A stretch of 64,000 bases of DNA from Mustelus asterias (taxonomy: Eukaryota): the NCBI RefSeq assembly GCF_964213995.1, contig NC_135808.1:23064001-23128000 (forward strand), read 5' to 3'. The notes below the pieces were generated by a model, which saw nothing but the letters and a program-made list of their open reading frames with translations, made no database searches and was not told the DNA's origin. Positions within the stretch are counted from its first letter, which is position 1, and the number at the start of each line of letters is the position of its first letter. Positions 50,250-61,787 of the stretch are shown here, piece after piece. The position numbers were made by a program, and so were the translations under genes.

Positions 50250-51429
50250 AGGAACACTGTCGAAATCTCGACATCCGAGTTAGACTTTAACATAAACACA
50301 TATCAACACAAAATACTTAACCGGGACCCCTCGGCTCCCACCCCTCCTTGTGTCCTTTAATTTATATGTTTGATTCATGTTTTTCCGATCAATATTAATC
50401 ACTTAATCTGCACTTGACCACCAACTCCACCAATTTATCTCAGTCATTTAGAAGTTCTGCACTGTCCACCTCCAAATTCCACAATTTTGCGAATTTGCAT
50501 ATCATCTACAATCTTTGAAAGTCTGCCCTGTACAATAAAGGATGCAATATGAGAAGTTTGATTGATCCGAACTAAGATTTATGGGGACCACTTTCTAACA
50601 ATAACGCCCAATCGGAAAACGCATCAGGTTATAGAAACGTTAACCATTTAGCAGGAAACAAAGTTTAAATGATGAATTCAGAAAGAATATGAACCAATTG
50701 CCAGTAATTAGCAGCATTTAACAAAAAGAGAAGACAGAGCATCGCTCTATCCACTTCTCTCTAATAACACCTTCTCCCAACACCTCTCGCTACATCTTGA
50801 TCTCTATCTCTGTCTGCAATTTCCTCAACGTATCTTCCCATCGCAGTTCTTCTCATCCTTTTATATGCCACAGCACATTTCTTTACTATTTAAGAATAGA
50901 GAGGTAATTCTGCTATTTTCCCAGAACTGCTCTACGGCAAATACTTCTCTGGGCGGATTTTAAGCCTACATTGTCCCGAGTGCACTTTTCGTGCCCCTTA
51001 CATCACATTCTCGAATTGGAGGATACTCTTTCATTTCTTCGTATATCACATCCTGTGTCGCACATTCTGTCATCTTCCCTTACTGGGAACTTTGTTTTGG
51101 AGATGGCGAGCATAGAGCTGAAGACAAAGGTTAGCTTTAGTTTAATTGCCTCAATTTTTAATCATTTCGATTATTTTTTCGGGGATTGGGGGTTGGGAGG
51201 GAGGGGGGGGGGGGTGGTGGTGGTGGCGCGGTGTTCTTCACAATGCACCAGTGTAGCTTTGCAGACCAGCTGGGAACCACTGCTCTAACGTTCTTTTAAC
51301 ATCTCCTTTGGCCCTTCTCTCGACAAGAAGGCTTCTGAGAGTCATTTTTTAAAAATTCCTTAAACTGTTTAAATCTCACCTTTTTTCCAATTTTTGGAAA
51401 TTACCCTGGATAAAATATTCTGAAGAACA

Positions 51430-52880
51430 GCTCATGTGCTCCCACTATTGAAGAAAGGTTGCAGAGACAAGCCAGGGAAAGTCAGACCAGTGAGTCTCAT
51501 GTCTGTAGTTGGAAAACTACTGAAGAAGATTCTGAAGGAGAGAATCTATCTCCATTTGGAGAGGCAAGGTTTGGTCAGGGCTAGTCGGCATAGTTTTGTC
51601 AGTGGGAGGTCATGCCGAACAAATTTGATTTTTTTTGAGCATGTAACGAAGTGAGTGGATGAGGGTAGTGCGGTTGATGTAGTTTACATGGATTTCAGCA
51701 AAGCCTTTGACAACGTCCCACATGGGAGACTTTCTAAGAAGGCCAATGCACATGTGATGCAAGGTGATCTGACAAGGTTGACTCATAATTGTCTGAGCGG
51801 TAGGAGACAGAGGTGACAGATGGCTGCTTTAGTGACTGGAGGCCAATGAGCAATGGTGTACCACAAGGATCTTTGCTGGGTCCACTATTGTTCGTCATTT
51901 ATATAAAAGTCATAGATGACTATGTGGGGCGTAGGATCAGTAAATTTCCCGATGACACAAAGATTGGCCTGGAAGTTAACAATGAGTTTGAGTGTCTTGG
52001 GTTACAGGAAGAGATTGATGCGATGGTCGAATGGACGGAAAAGTGGCAGATGGAACTTAACCCCGAAAAGTGTGAGGTGATGCATTTTGGAAGGAGTAAT
52101 TTTACAAGGAAGTATGTTATGAAAGGTCTGACACTGGGAAGTTCCGAAGAACAAAGGGACCTTGGTGTGTTTGTCCATAGATCTCTGAAGGCCAAAAGGC
52201 AGGTAAATAGGGTGGTAAAAAAGGCACATGGTACACTCGCCTTTATCAACCGGGGCATAGATTACAAAAGCAGAGAGGTCATAATGGAATTGTATAAAAC
52301 TTTGGTGAGGCCACAGCTGGAGTACTGTGTGCCGTTCTGGTCGCCACAGTATAGGAAGGACGTGAACGCACTGGAGGGGGTGCAGAGGAGATTCACCTGG
52401 AAGCTGCCTGGAATGGAACATTTAAGTTATGAAGAGAGGTCGGAAAGGCTTTGGTTGTTTTCGTTGGAGCAGAGAAGACTGAGCGTTGACCTGATTGAGG
52501 TGTTCTATATTATGAGGGGCATGGACAGGATGGATAGGGAGCAGCTGTTTCCCATAGTTGAAGGGTCAGTTACGAGGGGACACAAGTTAAAAGTGAGGGA
52601 TGGGAGTTTTAATGGGGATGTGAGGAAAAATATTTTTACTCAGAGGGTGGTGAGAGCCTGGAATGCACTGACTGGGAGTGTAGTGGAGGTGGGGTGCCTC
52701 ACATCCTTTAAAAAGTACCTGAATGAGTACTTGACACGCCATGACATTCAGGGCGATGGGCCGCGTGCTGGTAAGTGGGATTAGATGGGCAGTTCAGGGC
52801 ATTTCATGCGTCGGTGCAGGCTTAATGGGCCAAAAGGATTCTTCTGCACTGCAGTCTTCTGTGATTCTGTGATTCTGTGA
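51430..52880 (+). mobile_element. CR1 LINE, 5'-truncated RT region
   Basis: RPVSLMSVVGK, GVPQGSLLGP, FPDD, LVRPQLEYC; (gattctgt)n tail. Confidence 0.93.
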
Positions 52881-53690
52881 AAAGCAAATTACTGCGGCTG
52901 CTGGCATCTGGAACCAGAAGGAAAAATGATGGAAAAACTCAGCTTGTCTGGTGAGCATCTGTAGGGAGAGAAAAGAGAGCTGACGTTTCGAGCCAAAACT
53001 CAAAGGGATAGAAAGTGGACGATATTTATACTGCAGGGTAATCAAATGAAAGATGAATAATAGGCATAGAAACAAGGCGAAAAGCTGCTAATGGCAGTCC
53101 ATAGAGAGAACAGAAAGTGTGAATGGCCAAACGGCAGAGAAGCTGAAATCAGAGGCTAAACTGTGATAGATAAAGATGTGGGTGGAGGTGGGAGATGGGT
53201 GGAGGTGGGAGATGGGTGGGAGAGAGGTAAAATTGAGAAAGGGCGAAAGGGGGAGAAAAGGTAAGGAAAATGGGGGAATACATAGGGGTAAAGAGTGGGA
53301 GGGGAAAGAATAACAAAAAAAGACAATGAAGAAATAAAAGGCAGGGAACAGTTAAAGTTAAGTGAAATGAAAACAAAGGGGTCGAGATGGGGTAGAGCTA
53401 ATCACCTGAAGTTTTTGAATTCGATGTTGCGACCGGAAGACTGTAACGTGTCTAGATGGACAATGAGATGCTGTTCCTCCAGTTTGTGTTGAGCTTCACT
53501 GGAACATTGCAGAAGGCCAATGACAAACATATGGGCATGGGAGCAGGGTCGTGCATTAAAATGGCAAGCAACTGGAAGGTCAGGGTCCTGATTGCTGTGC
53601 TGAGCAATGTGATCACCCAGTCTATGTTTGACCTCTCTGATATAGAGGCCACTATATTGCTAGCAGTGAGTGCAACAGACCAGACGGCAC
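52881..53690 (-). mobile_element. Penelope-like element, family B, remnant
   Basis: Terminal aaagcaaattactgcggctgctgg...acgtttcgag and GIY-YIG-like region collinear with 41970-42700. Confidence 0.7.
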
Positions 53691-53869
53691 CCTGACCATC
53701 CCTGTTGGCCGAGGGTTTTCGGAAACAAATGAAAATGGAGGAAAGAGTTCATGCTCCGAAATTATTCCAGTCAGTGTTACGCCCAGCGGTCTGTAGAAAG
53801 TCTACTCAGAAGACGAGGGTTTCTTTCTCCACTTTCCCAATGCAATGTGGGGCACACAGGCACTGAAAG

Positions 53870-54380
53870 AGATCCACACACACACACACGCAAGCACGCA
53901 CATACACACACACACATAGATACACACAATAACGAGCCCACAAATCTAAATATGCAGGCTCACAGAGATACAGGCACACACGCTTACAGGTATACAGACA
54001 CACGCATGCTCGCACAGAGATACCGACTCACACAAACATTCACAGAGATACCACGCAAAAGGTTCACAGAGGCACACACGCTTTCACAGAGATACAGGCA
54101 CACACACACAAATACTCGCAGAGATGCAAACACACACCCTCACATAGATGCACACATGCGTGCTAACATTGATATCGATACAAACGCTCACAGAGATACA
54201 CACGCACACATGCTCACAAAACTGTTCACACACACAGTCCACAGAGGCACAGAATCACACCCACAAGCACACACACATAGAGATACACAAACACACACAG
54301 TCACACACAAAAATAGGCAGGGACACACAAATACACACAGAACTACACATACAAAGAGGCAGACAGACACACATGAACAG
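53870..54380 (+). repeat. Degenerate (CA)/(CAGA)-rich low-complexity tract
   Basis: Visible directly. Confidence 0.9.
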
Positions 54381-54559
54381 TTACACATTATTCCAACTGC
54401 AACAACAAGAAAAGAAGAACGTTGAATGGCAGGGGACAAATGATCCTATCAGAAATTTTCGAATCTTGTCCAGAGTAAGTTCTGCACAGTCCCATTGGCA
54501 GCTTCAGTGAGTTGAATGTGTTCTGCGCCCGTGCTGCTCTTTGCGAGTGTGCAGATGTT

Positions 54560-55003
54560 CTCCTTCTACACTGTCCACATGAATGACTCCCAGCACAGAT
54601 CCAGCACGGGGTTAGATACAGAGTAAAGCTTCCTCTCCACTCTCCCCATTAAACACTGCAAGGACATGTAGAGCACAGGGTTAGATACAGGATAATGCTC
54701 CCTCTGTACTCTGCGCTCAAACAGTCCCAGGGCAGGTAGAGCACGGAGTTAGTTTGAGAGTAAAGCCCATTTAAACTGTCACAATCGAACACTCCTAAGA
54801 CAGGTACAGCACTGAGAAAGAGATATAATAAGTCTCCTTTTACACTGTCCCTATCAAACACTGACAGGACACGTACAAAACGAGATTACATGCAGACTAA
54901 AAGTCCCTCTACACTGTCCGACCAAAAACTCCCAGGGCAGCAGCAACACGGGGGTAAATGCAGAGTATAGCTGCATTTTCAATGAACCATCAAACATTCC
55001 CAG
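54560..55003 (+). repeat. Degenerate ~66-bp satellite (...ctctacactgtccc.atcaaacactcccaggacaggtacagcacgg.gttagatacagagtaaag...)
   Basis: About 6-7 diverged units; ends at the ERV-2 LTR. Confidence 0.8.
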
Positions 55004-55596
55004 TGAAGTGAGGAAAAACATACAGATGAGTACACTTTAAAAATGACTGCCTGGCACATAAAGCGTTAACTGGGAGAGAGACCATAAAAGTGACACTGAC
55101 TCTTAGCCCAGCAACTACTTGTAAATTAAAACATGCATGAATTAGATACTGCAGGAAGCCAGTGGAAATAGGGACAGTCCCAGGACAAAAGGGTCTGTTA
55201 AAGAGATTAGCCACAAATGGGAATGGGAATAAGTAAATGCAGGAAAGCCAATTATTTTATGAATGAGCCGAAACTAAACCACTGATGGTCACTGACGTAG
55301 GAAATGTATCCATTCATAGAACAATGCGATGTTAACATGCTTATGTCTGTATCTGTCTGTATTTGTCTATAACGATGTGTTAACAATCGATCACCGACTT
55401 GATTACAACGATGTGATAATGGCTAAATGTCTGGTCCATCTATTGTGTAAATGGTATAAAGATGGACCGCTCCTGTTGTATCATTGAGAGAAGGTTTGCT
55501 GCTTGTTAGTGCCTTGTCTCCACGAAGCTTCGTTAAAATAATACTGTATTCTTGAAACCTTCATGCCTGACTCAGTGGTACATTTCCCACAAAAAT

Positions 55597-55615
55597 TGAC
55601 TTAGTCGGCTAGGAT
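55597..55615 (+). promoter_or_regulatory. ERV-2 primer-binding site, tRNA-Ser-like
   Basis: TGACTTAGTCGGCTAGGAT versus TGGCGTAGTCGGCAGGAT expected for tRNA-Ser; directly after the 5' LTR. Confidence 0.65.
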
Positions 55616-56303
55616 CCTATTACTGGTGAGATCGATTGGCCACGATCGGAGCCGGGGTAGAGATCACTGAATCTGTGAGAGTCAGACAAGGTCAAGAATA
55701 CAGTTTGCAAGGGGTTAAACTTAACGGGTTAAACTTAAGGGATATTTCTGGCAATAATTATTATTGTATGTGATATCGTGATATGTACTAACTGCTGATA
55801 GTGATAAGTAACTGTTGCTTGTGCTGACCGACAAGAGGACAAGGTAGTGCCTGTCTCAAAACCCTGCCTTAGACTGGCTGTTAAGAGGAGGAACCTCCCA
55901 CGCAAAGGCCAGGAGATTGAAGTGGGAAAAGAGACACCAAGGGCAGTTAAGATTGTGAAGCACAAGTGGCAGAGGTCGGTTAACATCAAACTCTGCAGTG
56001 GTGAACAAATGCAGAGTTGCTATCTGATTGCATGAAAGTTTGAAAAGTTGGGAACTGTACTGTCAATGTTGTGAAAAGCGGGACAGAAAAGGAGCTTCAT
56101 CAACTCTGACCTAAACTGGATCCGGTGGAGAAGCACATTGCCGAGGTGGTAATAGTGGAAGCCGTGAATATAACTTGAAACCCTATAATGGTAGTGAAAC
56201 ACGGTGCTAGAGTAGTATAGTGGCCGGGGATAGTGAAGTCCCTACGGGAGAGAGCACACTTTACGAGGGAATAATCGTGGCCGGGGTTAGTGAAGTCTGT
56301 GAA

Positions 56304-57643
56304 ATGGCAGATAATGAAGTTAAAAGGGGACCTGCAGGATCCTTCATTGAAATTTACATGACAAACAGGAAAGAGTTAATAAAGAGAATGCAAAAGGACG
56401 GCTGGGATACTTCTCAGACCTTAGAACAGCAGAGAAAGTGGATAGATAAAGAAAAGAGAAAGAAGACAAAGAAGATAGGAGTAATATTATCACATCAATT
56501 AGCTGGTCTAATTGAGCAAGTAGTCACCTCGACTAAGAAGTGGAGTGAAGATAAAGAAAGGATTAGAGAATTAGAATCCCGAGTGAGGGAACAGGAGAAG
56601 CAAAATCAGGTTTTAGAAGAAAAGCAATGGAGAGGGGAAACTGTTCCTCTAACTCCTTATGAGTCCACACAGCAGGGACCAACCACTCCTTCAGAGGAGT
56701 GAGAAGCGCTAGAACACAACTTAGCGCCAGTAACCCGAGGGGGAACAAATGCACGACCAAAGGCAACTTATCAACCCTTCACCCCAGGTGAGAGACAGCA
56801 GATAATGGCTTCCCTGGGTAAATTACAACCCAGAAGCGCAAGTACTAAATTCTGGGAATAATTAGACACAATCTGGATAGGACACCAATTACACCTGAGA
56901 GACATATACCAGCTGGACAGGGCAGCCTGTCCAGCGGATAAGTGGAGGCATGTAGCTGGTGGACCAGCAGCTCCTCCAGCACAGCATTATAATGGGGGAC
57001 GGTGGACACATGCAGTCTCCCTAGCATCAGAGATAGATGCCCAACAGGCACCCTTCACCCAGTTCAAAGCAGAGATTCAGAGGGTATTAGGGAATGCTTC
57101 CACTAACTGGAGAAGACTTACCACAACAAAACAGTTAAAAGGGGAAGGAGCTTCTGAATACGGGGAACGATTGTTACAGGTATATCAAGAGTGCTCAGGA
57201 CAAGGGAACCCAGGTCGAGGGGATTGAGCATTCATCCAGGCTTTTAAGGATGGACTCTCTAGCGCTCACCAGGTCATCCTAAAAATGGGAGTGATAATGT
57301 CCCAAGATTACGATGAATTGGTAGCGTGGGCCAGCGGAGTACCAGGAGAAGAAAAATCCCAGGCAAGAACAAGGCCAGAAAGAGTAGCAGCTTACAGTAA
57401 TGGGAATGGAACAAAGTCTAAACTGACTTGACTCAATTGTGGTCGGCAAGGACACTTTGCGAGGGATTGCGGGACTCCACGGAAAGGGAACAGGTTTTGA
57501 ACAGTGGGAAACATTGCAGCCACTGTAATAAATGTGGACACACAGAAGCAGTGTGTTGGAATAAGCATGGAAAACCCTCGACCCGATCCATGACCACAGC
57601 AGAACCAGAGGAACCACAGGACCTCCGGGGTCAGCAAGATTGA
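56304..57643 (+). pseudogene. gag: ERV-2 gag, frameshifted, two CCHC knuckles
   Basis: (C>stop)LNCGRQGHFARDC and CSHCNKCGHTEAVC; MHR-like KQLKGEGASEYGERL; position after the PBS. Confidence 0.8.
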
Positions 57644-59520
57644 CGGTCTGCAGCCCCCATTCACAAGGGTAAGAAGGAGGGAAGAATTTACGTGTCAGCA
57701 CTAGTAGGGGGCAGACAATGTGAGATGCTAGTGGACAAAGCAGCGTCCATATCTGTCACCGACCTACCCTTCCCCACTACAAATAAAATGATTTCCCTGA
57801 CTGGGATAGGAGGGAACAAAACACCCGCCTACCTGAGCGAGACCACGTTAGTAGAGATAAATAATCTGTATATACCAATGAGGTTTTGTGTGTGCAAAAA
57901 TAACGAGGGTACAATAATGGGAAATGATCTGATGAAAGAATATGAGATTCTGCTCGACTGTTGAAAAGGAGAATTAATCTGGCCAAGACAGGACGGTCGG
58001 AAAACTAGAACAGGGAAACTTACAAGTCACCTCGAAACTATTAAGGTAGCCACAGTCACCACCAGAAATTGGGAATTAGAAACAGGAGGGTTCGGAGCCA
58101 TCTGTGCCCCTGTCCCCGGAATATGGTCGAAAACGAAGTTAGATACTGGTTTGACTAAAACAGACCCAATAAAGGTACCGGGACCAGAGCATAAGCCACA
58201 CCGACAATACCCAATCAAACCCGAGGCAGAGAAAGCTGTAGTGGAGATAGTTAAAGGGTTAGTGGAAAGGGGGATTCTGAGAGAAACCACAAGCACCACT
58301 AACTCCCCAACATGGCCAGTGAGCAAGTCTGACGGAAGCTATAGGCTCACGATAGATTACACCGGACTCAATAAAGTCACGTCCAAATTGCACCCCATCG
58401 TAGCAAGCCCTTCGACAATCCTGAATGGACTGAATGGAGCATAAAATATTCACAGTATTGGACATAGCCAACGGATTCTGGTCCTTACCATTTGTTCCTG
58501 AATCCCAAGACAAATTTGCCTTTCCAGTGGGTGAAAAGCAGTACACTTGGACTCGTTTACCACAGGGATTCCACAACAGCCCAGCTATATTCCATAGAGC
58601 AATGAGTGACATCCTGAACAGAGTAGAACTGCCAGAGGGTAGTATGGTCCTACAATATGTAGATGATATCGTGATAGCTTCAGAGTCCAAGTCAGGACAT
58701 CAAGAAGCCTTACATTTAGTACTGAATGAATTAAAAGCTGCAGGGTTAAAGGTGAGCCCCAAAATGGCACAAATCGGGAAAACACAGGTCCTATACCGAG
58801 GACACGTTATATCCCAAGGACTTAAAGAAATGCCAACAGACTGACAGAAGGCAGTACAACAAATGCCGCGACCCGTCACCATAAGAGGGGTCAGAAAGGT
58901 GCAAGGACTATTCAACTATAGCCAGAGTTTCAACCCAGGGTTCACAAAATTAGCAGAACCCATACAGAGACTCGTCAGAGGGGGAAAACCAGCTTAAGAT
59001 CCCGTAGAATGGGGACTCGAGCAGGAAGAGGCTTATCATAGAATCATAGAATTATAGAAACCCGACAGTGCAGAAGGAGGCCATTCGGCCCATCGAGTCT
59101 GCACCGACCACAATCCCACCCAGGCCCTACCCCCACATATTTAGCCTCTAATCCCGCTAACCTACGCATCTCAGGACTCTAAGGGGCAATTTTTAACCTG
59201 GCCAATCAACCTAACCCGCACATCTTTGGACTGTGGGAGGAAACCGGAGCACCCGGAGGAAACCCACGCAGACACGAGGAGAATGTGCAAACTCCACACA
59301 GACAGTGACCCGAGCCGGGAATCGAACCTGGGACCCTGGAGCTGTGAAGCAGCAGTGCTAACCACTGTGCTACCGTGCCGCCCCCTATACTGAACTAAAA
59401 ACTGACATCAGCCCCTGGACGAGGATTACCCAATTCTAATAAGGACTTCCATATCCATTGTAGAAATGAGAGAGGGTTCTATTCCGCCGTGGTAACACAA
59501 GATCATGGCGACAGAAATAG
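57644..59520 (+). pseudogene. pol: ERV-2 pro-RT and start of connection/RNase H region, decayed
   Basis: Protease MLVDKAASIS...IMGNDLM; RT QYPI, NSPTWPV, YRLTIDYTGLN, LDIANGFWSLP, WTRLPQGFHNSPAIF, LQYVDD. Confidence 0.92.
59036..59383 (-). mobile_element. HE1/V-SINE-like SINE inserted in ERV-2 pol
   Basis: Full head, core and tail, close to the 4239 copy. Confidence 0.92.
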
Positions 59521-59775
59521 ATGATGTGGAGATGCCGGCGTTGGACTGGGGTAAACACAGTAAGAAGTTTAACAACACCAGGTTAAAGTCCAACAGGTTT
59601 ATTTGGTAGCAAAAGCCACACAAGCTTTCGGAGCTCCAAGCCCCTTCTTCAGATGAGTGGGACTTCTGAATTCCCACTAACCTGAAGAAGGGGCTTGGAG
59701 GTCCGAAAGCTTGTGTGGCTTTTGCTACCAAATAAACCTGTTGGACTTTAACCTGGTGTTGTTAAACTTCTTACT
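59521..59775 (-). mobile_element. PLE family A fold-back with two opposed hammerhead motifs; no TSD
   Basis: Tail ATGATGTGGAGATGCCGGCG..., then ~105-bp inverted arms centred near 59667. Confidence 0.9.
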
Positions 59776-59792
59776 GTATTTGTGATCCACAG

Positions 59793-60046
59793 GCATCCAT
59801 GTCTTCCAGATGATGACTGGCTGCAACCTGAGGGATGATGGGACTACGAGTGCATTCAACCAGTTTGGGTGGGATGGACAGGATGTTCTCAGCTTCGACA
59901 AGGATCACATGGTGTGGGTGACCCCAGTGCTCTGGGGAGATGTCATCAAAAACTATCTTGATAGGGACACTGCCAACAATGAGCGACTCAAACAATTCCT
60001 GGAGGTGGACTATATTGAGTAACTGAGGTAATTCCTCAAGTTCGGG
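59793..60046 (+). pseudogene. MHC class I alpha-2 domain exon, pseudogenised and 3'-truncated, embedded in ERV-2
   Basis: Acceptor gatccacag, then (G)IHVFQMMTGCNLRDDGTTSAFNQFGWDGQDVLSFDKDHMVWVTPVLWGDVIKNYLDRDTANNERLKQFLEVDYIE*LR*FLKFG, matching the class I alpha-2 pattern (H..Q..GC, GWDG.D..SFD, W, LE..C.EWL..L..G); second Cys is lost and there are two stops. Confidence 0.9.
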
Positions 60047-60156
60047 ACATATGAAGTTATAATTAGTGGAGACACCTGTGCCTGTATAGACATAAGAGGG
60101 AAAGGTGTCTGGAAACACTGGACACAACTAAAATTACACAAGGGAACAAATAAGTA
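60047..60156 (+). pseudogene. ERV-2 integrase C-terminal tip
   Basis: (G)TYEVIISGDTCACIDIRGKGVWKHWTQLK resembles the GPY.V...W.H...K integrase tail. Confidence 0.65.
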
Positions 60157-60399
60157 ATTAAATTGATGAACTAACAGAACTGATTTCCTCAACACAGGCA
60201 AAGACTGCAAACAAGAACGACTGGTGCGCGCGGGTTGATAGATAATATAACTTGTAAAGATTATATGAATTATCGTGTTAGGTTTGATATTTGATCGTTG
60301 TGAATATGTATTTAATCGCGTATGTAACTGTACTACTTTGCATTGCCGCGACTGTAAATTTAACTGGATTGGAGGATAACTTGTTTTACAAAGCTCACA

Positions 60400-61787
60400 T
60401 AAATTAAGACGGGAATCGAACTGTATGTTACCCGTTAGCACAATTGGTAGAAGCCCTATTTGTAGCCACCCCTGGGTGGACCCCTCATGACTTATGTACT
60501 GTAGATACATCAGATACACCCTGCAAGGGACAAATTGGCAAATATAAAAGAGGTATACAGGGGAGACGTGTGGGACTTGTAAATCCCACAGATCCTGTGT
60601 TCAGGGGGTTCCAACAGGTGGGAGGAATAGCTTGTTCAGATACTGCAAGCTATCCGCTTTGTTTTATGGGGCAGGGAGGGGATGTGCCTATGCCTTGGTC
60701 CCAAAGAATTATTCCTGCGTACAGATGCAGTGTGTCCGTCAACATTGTCAGATTAATAAGGGACAGTTTACTTGCACTTGTGATGAACAGAAATGTCTCA
60801 ATATAACTGCGGACAATGCAATGGAACTCACGTAATCTCAGCCAAATGGACATACCCATTTGATACTTACCAGGTGGTGGGGTCAAACGGGGAGTCAAGT
60901 AAACCGAACAATTGGCAATATGAACAAACTCATAATCAAGACACTAAATGTTACCGGGCTAAGAAGGGATATGTGTTCCTCTTCAATGGTACTTACATGA
61001 CAGAAACACCAAACCTCCCAAACCATTTTGCAGTCGGAACAATAGGACCACTGACTGTTCCATGCCCTCAGAAGGGGCATATTCGGAGGAGAATAGTAAC
61101 TCGGGCTATCAGCAAAAATTCTGCGCTGACTGGGAAGCCCCGGGCACAATGGGATCCTCACTGGGATATGGGTTCCTTGGAGCCTTATCCCTGCGGAGGG
61201 GCGGGGGGTGGGCGGGGTGGGGGGGGGGTGGTGGGGGAGGGCAGCAGGAGTGATTAGTGCAAAGAATAGGAATCATATTGTTTGTGGACTAACAGTCCTG
61301 GGAAACAGCACTTCAAAAGCACTGGAGGCTGTTAACCAAGAAATGGCTGAACTGAGATTATATGCACAGCAGACACAATATGCAGTGGACTATCAGTTAG
61401 CACAACAAGGGGGAGTGTGTACAATTATAGGCAATAAATGCATAACCCATGTCACGGACGAGTCCTATAACATTACACAGGTCATCAATAGCAACAGAAA
61501 AACAACTTGATAGCTTCAGACAGGGACCCAAGAAAAGATGTAACTGGCTGGAATGGTTAGTAGGGGGGTTCTGGGAGTCTTACCTATGACATGGATTGGT
61601 CATACTCGTTTCAATTGTAATTGTCTGTTGTCTGACTGTTGGATGCTTTAAAATCTGTTTTAAAATAATGTTGGCTAGAATTGTGCCAGGAGCCAGTGTA
61701 TACATCGAAGAAGAAAACCCGATGAAGATCCCCGAAGACATCAGAAGAAATGAAGAAGGAAAGAAGAACAAAGAATTATACATGTAA
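60400..61787 (+). pseudogene. env: ERV-2 env, frameshifted
   Basis: Cys-rich SU; RRRIVTR cleavage site; heptad IVCGLTVLGNSTSKALEAVNQEMAELR; YAVDYQLAQQGGVCTIIGNKC; TM anchor LVILVSIVIVCCLTVGCF; start position approximate. Confidence 0.88.

Larger units (their letters stand above)
45718..50321 (-). mobile_element. ERV-1: gamma/epsilon-like endogenous retrovirus, internally deleted (gag MA fused to integrase; env remnant)
   Basis: 3' LTR 45718-46867 (TGTAGAAA...TTTCGACA) preceded by PPT AAGAGGAGGGCA; truncated 5' LTR 50258-50321; gag start MGASSN near 49381 with W..FPPFDTF; IN C-terminus RFEGPSHVLLTTNTAIKV..WIHASHCK. Confidence 0.9.

Noticed and set aside
53751-54510. 224-aa His/Thr-rich ORF and overlapping ORFs
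   Set aside because: Translation of a degenerate CA-rich tract
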